A stretch of 63,982 nucleotides of DNA, filler included, from Perkinsus olseni (lineage: Eukaryota): NCBI GenBank assembly GCA_013115125.1. It is 3 parts of 3 records of this genome, joined end to end, with 100 filler letters (N's around TTAATTAATTAA, not from the genome) between each part and the next. Parts side by side here need not be neighbours in the genome. Positions count along the whole stretch, not along the records: positions 1 to 24,315 come from JABANN010000509.1; 2 more parts are not named here. One strand, written 5' to 3'. The position numbers were made by a program, and so were the translations under genes. Within the stretch, counting starts at the first letter, position 1, and every line of letters begins with the position of its first letter. This document shows positions 1-13,032 of the stretch, piece by piece. The notes under the pieces are model-generated. The model saw only the letters and a list, made by a program, of their open reading frames with translations. It was not told the origin of the DNA and did not search any database.

Positions 1-672
1 TTTATTAAATTGCTCTGGGGATTTACTAATTTGGTCTAGGGTTTTACTAAGTAGGTCTGGAAATGGTGTAGAAGTTCCAACGAGGGAATCGACACCAGTG
101 ATGGCACACCGCTCATTGCATTCCGGAAATACTGTCACAACTTGTCACTGAACCACCCCTCGCCAGAACGACTCACCAGACGGACCGGAACCGGATCTTC
201 GATGCAATCTTATGATGGCCACCCCTTTGAAGGCGATAAACTGAATTCGCTAAAGCTTCTGAATCAATCAGGCCTCATGAAATGTAAGGTGAGCAGAAGG
301 TAAAATGTAGGACGCTCTTTACTGAGCAGTAAGAAGTATGAAGTATTACAAAGAAGCTAAAGCAGTCGTCAGAACCGCTGGACGACTAGGATGGCGGCGT
401 GATCATGACGGCGATGTGCCACCTCCAGGATAAGGGTAAAGGTGGCCCTTCATTCAGTGTTATTGTCCTGGATATCCTTTATCGTTATTTCAATTCCAGT
501 GTTCGGATCTAGTGTCCTGAGTCCTCATGATTCCGGCATGCAATCACGATTTCTTGATGAAATTCTCTTCCTCTTGCGTTGCCGTTGGGTGCGAGTGCCG
601 CTGTATTCCATGGCGATCGGGCGTGCGTGTTGATCACCACACCAATTCCATTCAATTCATGGACCAGCATTG

Positions 673-2695
673 ATGGTCGTCATGCCCGAGCCGAAGATGA
701 GTACATCAACATCGACTACCTCTGCTGATACCCCAGGCTCCCTGAGGCTGATGAGCTGGAACGTGGCTGGTTGGATCCGGACGGCCAAGCTCCTGGTGAA
801 GTACCATGGATCAATAGCCAACTACCTTTCGAAACATAATGTGGATATACTTGCTGTACAGGAATCCAAAGTCAGTAAAACTAGAGTAGCATCTACTGAA
901 GGGCACGAAGCTATACCAGAGGGGTATGAGGCCTATTGGTCACACTCCACCTCCAAGCCTGGCTTCAATGGTGTTTGCACTTTTGTACGGAAGGGTGTAC
1001 TCGTGAGGGATGTCCTCACTCGGCCCTTCAACGATTCGAGGTATGACGATGAGGGTCGGTGTCTAGTCACATTCCACGGTGATGATGTGGCCCTGGTGAA
1101 TGTGTACGTCCCCAATGGTGGCGAGGGTGGTAAGAGGCTGCCATACAAGATGCAGTTCTTACAGAAGCTACGAGCTTTGTGTAGGGATATCAGAAAGAGA
1201 GGTTGGAAGGTTGTCCTACTAGGGGACCTTAACATGGCACCTGACCCGAAGGACATCTGGTGGGAATACAGAATCATCGACGTTAGTAGGCTACTCGCTG
1301 ACCTTCCCAAGGGTGGCGAGATCAAAGATGCTGTCTCCAGCGAGAACTGGGATAGGGTCATGCGAGTGATGAAGACTCGTGAAGTTGTGCAGATATCACC
1401 CGATCGCTACCGTGTCAAAGTAAAACCAAAGCTCCGAGCCCGTCCGCTCACTCTGCTATGGCCTCTCAGGTCGACATCGCCTCGGAATGCAATCGAAGGG
1501 TTGGTACAGTCCGTGAGGCCTTGTCCTCTGCTACGGGCGATGGTGTGAAGACCGTCTACTTGGGTTCGGCATCTAATTCAATGTTATCTTTACGCTCATC
1601 GTACAACTTGGATTTGGTAGTTCTAGAGGACGGGACTGTGGTGAAGCCGAGTGGATGGATAGAAGTTGACGAGTTCTTCGAGATTATACGGAAGGTGATT
1701 GGTATTGATATTTCGATAGCCGAGCAGCGGAAGGTGGCTGACATATGGGGTATGGGTAGGGGAAGCGAGGAAGTCAAACAATGGTTCGGGCTCGTGAGAG
1801 GGGACGGTATGAGAGATTCCTTCCGATGGGCGCATCCAAATGCCAAGGAACGATTCACGTGTTGGGACCAGTACAGGAATCGGAGGTGAAACTGAGTAGA
1901 GGGCCCTCAACTACAACTCGGTTGAAGCAGGTACATCAATGCCGGGTCTAGGATTGATTATATACTAGTTGACGATACCATAGAAATCGAGAAGGGCGCT
2001 CAACTCCCCTTGGGTAAATACCTCCTCTAACAGCTTGTTCATGTTCAAAGCAGGGTGTGACGCCGAAGCGGCGTTGAGGTGTGCTACTGCTGGTGGGCTC
2101 CACGCGCCTGCCCCTCGATTCGGAGAAGATAAGGGCATACCCGAGATGGATAGCGAGGTAGGTCTCCTTATCAGATAGGGAGAGCATGTATGGTGTCCAC
2201 GATCAGGTAGCATGTGAATGGGAATTCGTAAACTGCAGTCAGCCTTTTCGTACTGGTATTGTTTACACCGCGCCGGTGTTCAGTGATCATGTCGCTGTTA
2301 CTGCCTTGCTACAAGTGGACTTCCAGCGGCCTGGAAAAGCTCAAGTCGATGGTGAGTACTTCACGCTGATTGATCTGAGCACAGCTCGGGGGACGCTATT
2401 TTTGTCAGAAACGCAAGCGTCTGAGCGGCTACACGAAGCACAGTCACACAAAGAGGGAAGGAGGCCTCCAAAGGGCAATCAGGATATCGCCGTCTTCTTC
2501 CGATCAATGGCCACGAAGAAAAAGGCCGAAGAGGAGTGCAGTGGATTAGGCAGGCCAGCCGCCAAGGCCAAGAAAGCTAGGCAAGCTGGAATCCGAAGAT
2601 GGTTGAAGCAGCCGGTTGGATCACCCACCAACGATTCTTCTTCTAGTGATGATACTGCTATTGGCGAACCGATGAAGAAAAAAATGCGAATTTAG
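673..2695 (+). CDS. Exonuclease III / AP endonuclease (APE family), spliced
   Basis: Motifs SWNVAG, AVQESK, GFNGV, DEGR, NVYVPNG, GDLN, DSFR..ERFTCW, GSRIDY and SDH are spread over exons. GT-AG introns at ~1419-1469, ~1886-1930, ~2157-2238 and ~2352-2408. Start could be ATG 673, 682 or 697. Confidence 0.9.
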
Positions 2696-4848
2696 ACGGA
2701 TGATGCTGATGCTGTCGTGTTTCCTCGCGATGGGCAGCGTCTCCTCCCTCATCATTCCGGACATCAGATAGCTCAGGACGTTAGATGTAATAGCTGATTG
2801 CAGTGTGATGAGAGTGAAGTTACAACCATACGCATAACAAAGAGATACACATCATCTTCGCACTAAGGATTAGGTTCATGAGCTTATGGATATTAATGCT
2901 ATCAGCATCTTGAGACTCTGTCGAAACTTCTCCTTTCGACTCGTCAATTTTTCGGCTCGTCTTCTGTCCAGGACCTCCGCAGCATCTCTCTAAATAGCTA
3001 TTCCATCTCAGATCTTGCTGCAGGGGTTGCAGGACCTCTCGAGTATCTCCATTACACCTCTTGAAGAGGTCCTCTTCTTGTATCGCTGTCAACGGTCGTA
3101 CTACACTATTAGGTCTAAGAGCTTCTGAGGAAGGTTCCGAACGAGAAGAAAGATCCGCAACTCTGAAAAGGAGCCCGCTGTCAACTGGGTCCTTAACGGG
3201 CCGTTGAGGTTGACCCCCTGAGGCTCAGGGCCTGAGCTGACACCCACCTCATTATTATCTGGAAGATCGCTCCTCTAGCCTCACTCCGCTGAAACCATCC
3301 CGTTGGTCATCACGCGGTGAATCGGGTTCACAGCGTAATATTATAGTATTAGAAATCGTGCGAGGAAAGTTCGGCTTCAAGACATCGGAAGCGGTCGTAG
3401 GGTGGATCATGGTGCTCGGTGAACGCTATGGACAGCGCAGGCCGGTTAAAGTTCCTCTATGAGGGTGTGAGACGGAGCTTCAGTTCCATCGCGTGAAGCT
3501 CCAAGCTTGACGCGCGAAAGATTATTACCATTGATTCTGTAACGTGGGCATTACCGGGGTACAGCACCCGAGTTGACAGCTTTTCTTGTATGAAATTCGG
3601 CTGGAACTGCAGCCCTCAGGTCACAAGCTGTGAGTTTTGTGCTTATAATGTTTGAATGGTTGCAGGTTACAGCCTATAACCTGAGAGCACTCCGACTAAT
3701 GAGCACTGTACGACTCATGCCATAAGTGCCGTTCAAAGGGACCGCAGGCACCGCCTCCTGCCGCCCCTCCTTCGGTGAATGACTCAAAGAAGGTATCGTC
3801 AAGAATCCTCGCTGATGATGATGATGATGCTTAGTAAACACTGATAGGGGTCCTAAGGCCTCAAAGTGACTATATAATCATACGGAGACAACTTGATCCG
3901 GTATTTGCGCATGATGTTACTGAACCATTATGTCGTACCACTGATGATTTTCCCTCCCTCTCGCCAAGGACTGGCTGAACTCTACTAAGTAGGGCACCTA
4001 GCCCACTACGCTGAAATCGTTGTGCCTGAGCCTTGCTGCAAGGCCCTTGCACTGAGGAAAAGTGGGGCCAGCTGAGCCGTCTTTATTCGGCAATGTCGTG
4101 TGATTCTGAGGGTTCGGGTGTCTTGGGAGGATCAGATGCGAAAGTAGAGTGGAGTACTACTCCCCTCTACTTCCGCATTTGCCCCTACTCCAGGAGTAGG
4201 GGCTGTCTAAGCAGATGCTGTTTGAGGCCGGATGTTTAATTCTGCATACAACAAATTGCTATTCGACTATGCACAACAGCCTTTTCATCTAACATAAACA
4301 GTATCACACACACAAATACGTTGGTTGAAATAACAGCAATCGTGTTCTACAAATTTGCAAATTTGCAAATTTTCTGTTGAAAGTCTGGGTTACGTGAGAA
4401 TCAATCACGCCTTAATACAGACTGCAAGAGTTCACTAATTTGATAGCTTCATTTCAGCCTGCTGCAGCGTTTTGCAGCAAAACGGCTGTCCCGCGTCCAA
4501 GACTAGTGGACCGCGTCCACCGTGGGGTCCACGGCGAGGACTGTCGCTATCTACGATTGAGGTCAGGGTCCCTGACCATCCCTGACTCAGGGATCCTTAG
4601 TAGAGATCTCTCACTGGTGATCACATTGTCTGGAACTGTATATGAAAAGTTCAAGCTGGGCTGATGCCGCGGCGTTGCGCATTAACGAAATGCACTGCAC
4701 TTCATGCGGTACACTATTGTTTGAAACAATAGTTGGAACAATCTGTCTCGTTTTACTGTTATATAAGACTCTCCCTGTTGAACAACTCAACGGATAGCTC
4801 AACGAGACCTTCTCGAGCATCATGCCTCCGCACAGTGGCCCCTCATCC

Positions 4849-6008
4849 TTACAGAGGACAAGTGACAGCTTGGTCACGTAGTTGTTCCTGATTAACTACA
4901 TGTAGTAAAATACCTGAATATCCCTCACATCCAATGGTAACGTCTCCAGTTGATGCAGGAAGTTCTTCAAGCGAAAGAGAAATTGATCATATGCCTGATA
5001 TCACACCGGCACTCATCAGACCTTTGCATGGCTCAGTGACCACACACCAGTATCTCCAGATTATTATGCCCACCACCCTCCACCCAGAATGGAGTCACGC
5101 TATGCTTTGCTAGTTCATACAGTGCTTTACCATGCCATAATGGTACTATCTCATCATCCGTACCGTGTACCTGATCACACTACTGAGGACAGCACAGATA
5201 GCTACAGGTATCAGAAGTACCACATAGACCGGGCAACGGACATACTCCATTTTGTCGATGTTGAGGAAAGAGTCGCCTGGTAGAGTGTACCTGGATAGGT
5301 ACTTCCTTGAATGCAGCCCAGCGTGCAAGAAGTGTCAGATCACCTGAACCTGAGGCCAACTCTGAATATACTGAGTACAGGGCTCTGTAGTATGAGGCCT
5401 CGTACAGCAGTGATGGAGGCTAGATGAACCTGATGGTGAGAAGGTAAAGATGAGTGTATTGCAAGGGTACTACACTTGGACCGCTGCCAAGACTCCTACC
5501 GAATACAACAGTACGCTCCCACGGTACGCCGACGACATCCCGTAAGTACTTGAATGCTGCTTCCACATCGGAGTATCTAAGGTCGATGCTAGGCACACTT
5601 AGAATCGTGACAAACTACAAATGATCCTCTGAGGGAGTTGGGGGCCCTCTAGATAAACCATACCCGGTATACCTGTATTACATCGGGAGCAATCGAGTCG
5701 AGGCTAATCCTACCTTACTCATAAGCGAAGACATTAACGTTGATAGTGGGGGCCATCTCCCTCCAATACCTCATCACCATACCAAGATCCTCAGCATTAC
5801 CGTGTGAGAACAATACAGTCAAAGTGGCACCGCGGTCCAGGTAGCAAGCTGGTATGATGGACCCTAAACCTGATACCACACTTTCTGCATCACATCTTGA
5901 TGTGGGGAGGTACCACCTACGTGTTTGTAGCCAGACTAGGCTTCCATCATCGGTGTAGGTAGGGTCCTTGGGTGCTTGAAATATGATATGACTTAAACCT
6001 GAACCCAT
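4849..6008 (-). CDS. Alpha/beta hydrolase, ABHD17/ABHD13-like, spliced
   Basis: MGSGLSHIIFQ start; LFSHGNAEDLG; nucleophile motif FGRSLGSGP (~5475-5505); VHGTDDEIVP and GGGHNNL (Asp/His of the triad, ~5055-5170); inferred last exon EQLRDQAVTCPL*. Confidence 0.88.
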
Positions 6009-6294
6009 CTGTAGTGGTTCAACTCGCAGGTAGGGTCAGATCCTCCGCGGCGGCGAGCGCTAACGATCTTGCGCTCTTACCGAAGTAGCACTATCGATAA
6101 CCAGTGCTTCATCATTGAGAATTCATCATTGGTAATTGTGAGACTAAGTATCGAAACTGTCATTGGTGGTCTCGTGTAACTTTCCTATGGTCGAGTCGTT
6201 GTGGATGGAGAGTTGATGGGCTTGTAATACAAGCATTGTATAAGCCTTGTATCATCTAGGCTTGGTTGCTTGTTGTTGTTCAATTGCCTCGGCG

Positions 6295-9200
6295 ATGACC
6301 CCACGTAGCAGGTCGAGGTCGAGAGATAGGGAAGCTTCTCATAGAAGGTAGGGTGCCGCCATGCGGTACCAATGCACATAATCCTGCAGGCACTCTAGGC
6401 AGCGTTCATCCAGAGGAGATGATACTAGTAATAGAGATCGTAGTAGAGCCACCAGAGATCAAGAGCCACGTGAGTGCCGCTGCTCTTGCTACTCGGACTA
6501 TCTCATCGATACTAGGTGCCCGACGACGTGATCTATCACTAGGCAGGAGGTCGCCCTCACCTAAGTATAGCAGTAGTGCCAGCAAGAGGCCCCGGCCCCG
6601 ATCTTCTAGTGAGGATAGGGCAGACAGACGTGGACGAGAGTAACGCCTCTAACTCATATTCTGCGTGATAGAGTCCCGTCTCTCAGTGATTCACGTCGGC
6701 GAAGGAGCGGATCCTATGATGGCAGTCCTAGGAGAGATCGTCATGGAAGAAGGTCTGCGGCCAGTAGCCGGTCACCATCATCACGCCGCACCCGTGGTAG
6801 ACGAAGGTCTATCAGTAGGAGTGGCAGCCGCGGACGTGAGTCACATAAGAAGTCGTTGCACATCTCTCGTCATATATAAATGGCATCATCACTGTTATCA
6901 ATGTAATACACGCAGTAGTAGGTTACGATGAAGACAAGCGGCGTCGCCATCGTCAATCGTCTCGACGATCTCGGAGTCCTCTCTCGGATAGCAGGCCTCG
7001 GGGAGAGAAGAGGGACTCTGATGATGAGGATATCTATAGGAAGGGAGAGGTAGTCCAATGGATATGCGTACTGCGTGCAGTACAACACCTTCCCCCTCAT
7101 CATACCGTCATGTTCAGGAGTTATCGAAATATCGCAAACATCATCAGACGGCAGTAGCGCCTCCTACGAAGTCAAATGAATATGAGAGGATAAGTGAATC
7201 GAGTGGTTGGTGGTTACACAAAGGTGGTCAATGGCGTTGGCATCAAGACACCAACATGTACTTTAACGGAGAAGATAATCAGTACTACTACTACGGCCTC
7301 CCTCACCCTGTCTACCTCCCTCGATGATCATGCTGGTGCATCATAGGTATTACCATATATCATTGAGTACTGGTCGATGTCGTGTCATACGAGATAAGGA
7401 TGATCCGTTGTTTGAAGAGATGCAGAAGTGCGAACGGGAGAGGGCTAAATGTAACACTCGGAGGAGTGGCAGAGTGGCACATGCTGTCGAATTGGTCAGC
7501 ACTTGAAGAGGCCAAGACGTCCTCCAGAGTCGATCCTGAATTTGTGGATTGGGAAGAGGCTCAGAAGCTAGCATCATCATCCTCCGGGAGGAAGGTAGTG
7601 GACAGGGGCTTTCCATCTAGGTGAGTGGTGTACTCAGAAGTCTCTTGAGGAAAGATCTTCGATGAGTGAGAACGCTGCAAGTGATGTTGCTAAGGAGGAT
7701 ACCAACCCCAGCTCTCCAGCAGGGGACTCACCAGCGAGAAAGGCGGCAACTGAAGGACCGAGGAAAGAGTAGGTCTATTTTACGGTTGGCAGCAGTGAGC
7801 GACCCGGCGTGCCGACCGATCAGTTACAAGATTGGTAGAGTCGCTAAGTTCGACCAGACGCGCGGGTTTGGGTTCATATACCGGAGCTACGAGGACTCCC
7901 CATCGCCATCACAGAGGCATCACTTTGAAGATGATGAGGTGTGTCACCATGAGTTCACCAGGAGCAGCAATACTCATTGGGAGGGACCACCAGCCATCGA
8001 CAAGCACTGTGTGCATCACGCTAGCCTCCTTGGTTGTGGATGAGGATGATGATGCTACCCTCACGATATCTCTGACGCCTCTGCTGCCGTTACCCGAACC
8101 TTGGCACCCGTCTCCGTCCCTCACCCTCCTACCTCGCTCGTACACAGACCTACGTATTGGGGAGTAATAATTAGGTACTCTTCGTACATCGTAAAGGGAT
8201 TGCCGGTAGCACCCTCGAGAAGCCTCTTAACCTGGACCCTGGCGCTCCTGTGAGGTAATCACAAACACTTAGCAGCTCCTCTAAGTCCATTATCACTTCC
8301 CTTAGGTATTTGGTATCGTCGGAGAGGGAATCGGCAGTGACCTCCACCAAGACACGAGATCAGGCAGTAGATGTCAGTATGCTATCAGATCCTACTGATG
8401 TGGATAGTGTAACCAGGGGTTAGAGGGCCACCAGTCTGCCATCATCCACGGCGGCGGCTGCGGCGGCGGCTGCTGCTGCTCAGGTTCTCCCTATCCACGA
8501 CCCTGATCATTGCTCGGACCCCAATGACTCCAAAGCAGCCAAGCTGTCCAGTAGCCTCCTGTCTCACGGTGAGAGTTGGCCAGGCCTCAAGAAAACTCTT
8601 CAGGACAGGACTATCGTTGGCGCTAGCCTGGATGCATTCGGTAATACCTCCTGCCCACCACCAGCACCATAACCGGTCGTCGTCTTGCATATTCTACGTA
8701 CCACTCAGGCATGCTATATGGCGTATTCGATGGCCATGGTGGATCCAGTGTTGCTGATATATTAGTAAAGGAGATGCCTAGGAAACTACTATTCCAGTGA
8801 TATTCCCATCACTATCTTCCAACCAATCGGATCTTCCTGGGTGTAGGTTCAAGGCAGCACAGCTGCAGCCCAGCTCCCCATCTGTGGATATAGCAGCAGC
8901 CATAACAGCAGCCTTCCAACAGGTTGATAAGGATATCTTGGATAGCTGTGAACGGAAACCACAACTCCAACCCCAGGGCTCTACGGCTACCATCTTCATG
9001 GTCAATGTACTCAAGCCACTGCCGGCTACTCTTGGCCGATGCCTCGACTCTGGCTGCTACCTCTTTAGTACTCTACCCCACCCAGGATGATAGTAGCATC
9101 AGTTGGTGATAGCAGGGTGAGCTGACGGCTGTGGTGTCATTGCTCAATACGGCCGTCGCTGTAGGCTGTACTCTGCCGTGATGGCCGAGCGATAGTCCTT

Positions 9201-9946
9201 ACTAGAGATCATGACCCAGAGGACCCTATAGAGAGGTCTCGTGTAGAAAAGGCAGGAGGACAGATAATGATGGTTCAAGGGGTGGCCAGAGTCTGTAATA
9301 CCCGTAACCTGTCTTCTGTCGTATATTGAGCTTATCCGGGGATAGGCACCTCGAAGACCAAGAGGGTCATGCAGGGGTTGGCGATGACCCGTAGCATTGG
9401 GGATTATTATTTTAAACGTCCCCATGCCCTGTCTATACCCGATCCAGATGTTCAAGTGAGCAGCTCACTGGGAAGTGATGGCTCCTTCTAGGGGTTGGTT
9501 AGATACTACCGTTGGATCAGAAGGATTGCTTCGTTTTATTGGCGAGTGATGGTATATTCGAGAAGACCATGACAAATGACCAGGCAGTAGCGTTGGCAGC
9601 AGAGAGGTTGAAGGCAGAGGGCCCTGAAGGAGCTGCTAAGGCGGTTATACGGAATGCGTAATGGACGATTACTCGGGTGTTGAGGTATCTGCGGACTTCG
9701 TTCAATCCACCTCAGATACAGCCAGGGGTCAGAGGATAACCTCAGTTGCATCTGTGTGCAGTTCGATTGGCATGAAGCCAAGTCCTTAGATGTAGTACAC
9801 AGAAGGGTGATCATGTCGTGGGGGTGATGGTGATGATGACGGTGCTTTAGGTCATCTTGAAGCGGGCTAAGGCTAATGCTACTCCTGCTACCCAGCCTAT
9901 ACCAGCAGCCGCAGTGGAGGACGATAGTTTCGATATGTTTGCATGA
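6295..9946 (+). CDS. Multidomain PP2C/PPM phosphatase with RS-rich N-terminus, OCRE-like domain and cold-shock domain, spliced
   Basis: MTPRSRSRSRDRE... RS exons (6295-7050). Aromatic octamers WWLHKGGQ/WRWHQDTN/MYFNGEDN/QYYH. CSD GRVAKFDQTRGFGFI...LFVH...PGAPVRY...AVDV. PP2C motifs LQDR, GVFDGHGG, GSTA, VGDSR, DH.P, LAMTRSIGD, LASDGI, SEDN. Ends EDDSFDMFA*. Confidence 0.8.
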
Positions 9947-10763
9947 TGGATGGTGGTGCTATCAATCTTGGTGGTGGACGGTATTGGTGATCTGGTGCTT
10001 CCTCTGGGGGTTGCTTCAACAAGGTCAACAGCAGTAGTAGTGGCGTGGGCACAGGTAATAATATATATTCCCTTCATCATCAACTCCACGCTTTTCCGTA
10101 GCCAGTATATTACTGACCCGCAGTAACTGTGTTGTTGGTCCGATATTCCTCAGTCTCCCTCCGTTCTGGCCCGCCGTCACCGCCACTACTGATGTCCTCC
10201 CCGGAGAAGCCCTATTAGATGGAGTACCATGACGACATGCCGACCATCGTTACGTACGGCTCTCTACGGTCAACTGCCGCTGCTGCTACTAATCTGAGTA
10301 TCGCCGTTGTTGTTGTGGTTGCTATCGTTGAAACTATAGTGAAAGGAATACAGAGCCGGACCCTTTGGGGAACTGTAGGGCTGCTGCTCACCCACACCAC
10401 CACAGTGGCACCTAGAGCTTTACCGGCATCTGAGGCTTGGAGACTACTGCTTAGTAATCTTTTCCTACTGTTCTAGGTTACTGTACGATTATCATCACAT
10501 TTACCTTCCGGCCCCTACTATTATACAATTATGGTCAGGAGGAGTGGGTACTACTTGGTGGTACCAAACTGGAAATGGTGGGAGTAGTTATAATCAGTAT
10601 CTGCGTCGTCCTACTGTACCATTAGTCTTTCCTATGTTGTTGTGGACGTCGGAGCTCTCTAGTGGCCTATTAGTCATCATACTAGTAATCATCATTCCTT
10701 TTTCACCACGCTATTGCGTTCTCTCAATTATAGGCCCAGTGGGATAAGGCTTCAACCTCCCAT

Positions 10764-12948
10764 ATGACCTCTACCACTGTCATAAGCAGAACAGCAGCAG
10801 CAGCTGGCCTCAGGGGTGGTGCGAGCCATCACCTCCCTCCCATAGTACGAGCACTGGACGATTTGCGTAGATGGCGTAGAGCTACAGTACAGCCCGAAGT
10901 TGTTGCTAACCTCCTGTTCGAGGCCACTGAGCCCAAAACCCTTACCGCGTAGTACTACGGTGGCAGGCGGAGGTTGGGAATGCGTTGGGCAGATACACTC
11001 CTAGGCAGCTCACGGAGTTAGCATTCTCTATAGTAGTGGTACTGGGCCGTGGAAGTCCTGGTGATGCCCAGGATGACAGTATGGAACAATGGCTGATACC
11101 TGTGGGGGATGAGATCATGAGACGTGGGGCCCAGGGGTTCTATTCAAAGGACATAGGTCATAACAACGACAGCTGGATGCCGCTAGCTGAGGTGTGCTAC
11201 AGGAGCCGCTCTAGAGACGTTCGCGCCACGACTACCATCACATCCAGTCAGTCGCATGCTGGCACATCGAGGAGTATCTTTGAGGTCGTCAATGTCATGC
11301 TCCGACCTTTGTACGGTACTGTGGGCCCGATCGCTCTTGGTGTCCCGGACGGACGATGCTGGGCTCATGTCGGATGCGGAAAATATATTTCAGGAAATGC
11401 ACAGGAAGGGGTGAGAATCTCACATCACAAACAGTGCTATGGCAACAACCCTAAAAGGTTCCACAATCTACCGACGTTGCCTGCCTTGTTCCGTCTATTA
11501 AAAGGCATAGCCTCTCTGCCCAGTATGACCCCGTCCATCGATACTGCAGTGGACGCTCTGGCCATGAGTCTTAGCCAGCAGGAGGGCCTCCTTAAGGACC
11601 AACTCCAGTCGAAGCAAGTGAACTTCCTTCTCTTTGCGCTCACCGAAAGTAAGTGCTGCTGCTGGCCCTCGGTGTATTGGTGTGATGGTAGGCCGTGGGG
11701 CAGCTAGTGGTACGTGGAGGGGACGCAAGAGGTTCCTGCAAGTCATGTTACCGATAGTAGCCAAGCATACCAATGATGGAAGACTATCAAGGGATACTGC
11801 GGTACTACCGCTTCTAGTCCTAGTGTGTTGTTGGAATATTGAGGGCAGTAGTGTAGATCATCAGGTGTCGTGTCTGAGGGCGTATGCTCGGTCGTGCAGG
11901 AAGAGCACGACTACAGGGGAACAGCAACTGCAGGCTGGAGACAGCTTCCTGGGGGATGTTGATCTCACCCGGATGAGTCAGGTGCTTCTGGCCAGGTGCA
12001 GCCCCTGGATTCTCGAAGGTAGTACTTTCCTTGTCCTATGTTCTCACTCTGACCTCAGTGCTGTCTGAGGCCCATACCTTGCCCGTTACTTGGCTTACTA
12101 ATATCCTCTTCGTTTACTCATCATCATCTGAGACCTGCTACAGCCCAAATACTGAGGCTACACCAGTGGTCCTCAGCAAGGTGGTGACCATGTTAGAGAG
12201 ACAAGTGGATAAGATACCCCCCATCAAAGCAGGGGACATACTATCATACATGGCTAGGCTTGGTATCGTCAGTGGGGGTGGCAAGCTCCTTGACTTTTGT
12301 ATCGAGAACACCCCTCCTTGTGGAAGGCTACTGCGTGCCCTATGCAAGTTGGGTGTCACACCACAACAGCTGGACTCGTTGGTATCCCGTCGTACCGAGA
12401 CTGAAGCTGCTGACCCTCAGGATTGGCTCCTACCGATGGCAATCGCTGTTATGACGAGTACGTCAGGTGCCCTCACCCCTGCGATGATTCAGCTGTATCA
12501 ATCGTTCGGCAATATGGCGACTGACCTCACGGACGACGCCCGGCTAGGGCTGCATATACTGGCTTCGATGTGCGGCGGCAACCTCTGTGGCAACAACAGT
12601 CCACCGCCTACAACTCCTTCCGCCCCTGCTAGTTGGGCAGCGGAGGTAGCCAGGCTCCTACCAGATGCCATTACTGGCTTTACCATGGACAACGGCTATA
12701 CATTACCAGTAGCGCTGCCTCGAGAGAAAGTGTCCATACGCTTGGTGCAGCCTAAGGCCCATGTCCTGGACAGCGGGACTATGGAGCTGTCCTTGTCTGC
12801 CAAGTACAGGGCTCGACAAGTGTGGTTGTCGAGACTTGGCTGGACTGAGGTATGCATACCAATGGCACGATGGAATGCCATGGCGTCTGATGAGGAAAAA
12901 TTGAGAGCCTTAACGCTGCATGGGATACGTTTCGGGAGTCTTACTTGA
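10764..12948 (+). CDS. Helical-repeat protein with C-terminal RAP domain, probably mitochondrial, spliced
   Basis: C-terminal GYTLPVALPREKVSIRLVQP..H...KYRARQVWLSRLGWTEVCIPMARWNAM..DEEK fits the RAP pattern. N-terminus is Ser/Thr/Arg/Ala-rich and acid-free (MTSTTVISRTAAAAGLRGG). Confidence 0.65.
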
Positions 12949-13032
12949 TGTTTCTGCACTCTTTTCTATGCTGCCCTTGTGTTAGTGAGGTTTGAATGCC
13001 ACAGCAGCGACCAGTACATTGTCTAATATGTT

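Noticed and set aside
1-60. Two to three degenerate ~21 bp repeats (GG.TTTACTAA) at the window start; similar GCCACT repeats at 24260-24315
   Set aside because: Too short and cut by window or contig ends; no spacer pattern, so not CRISPR or telomere.
2820-3410. Possible small spliced minus-strand gene
   Set aside because: No consistent start-to-stop model or recognisable motif.
10096-10104. CCGTAGCCA, and TGGCTCAAG on the minus strand near 45687-45695, resembling halves of the perkinsid spliced leader
   Set aside because: Only 9 nt matches with no other half; chance level. No convincing relic SL upstream of the intronless genes.
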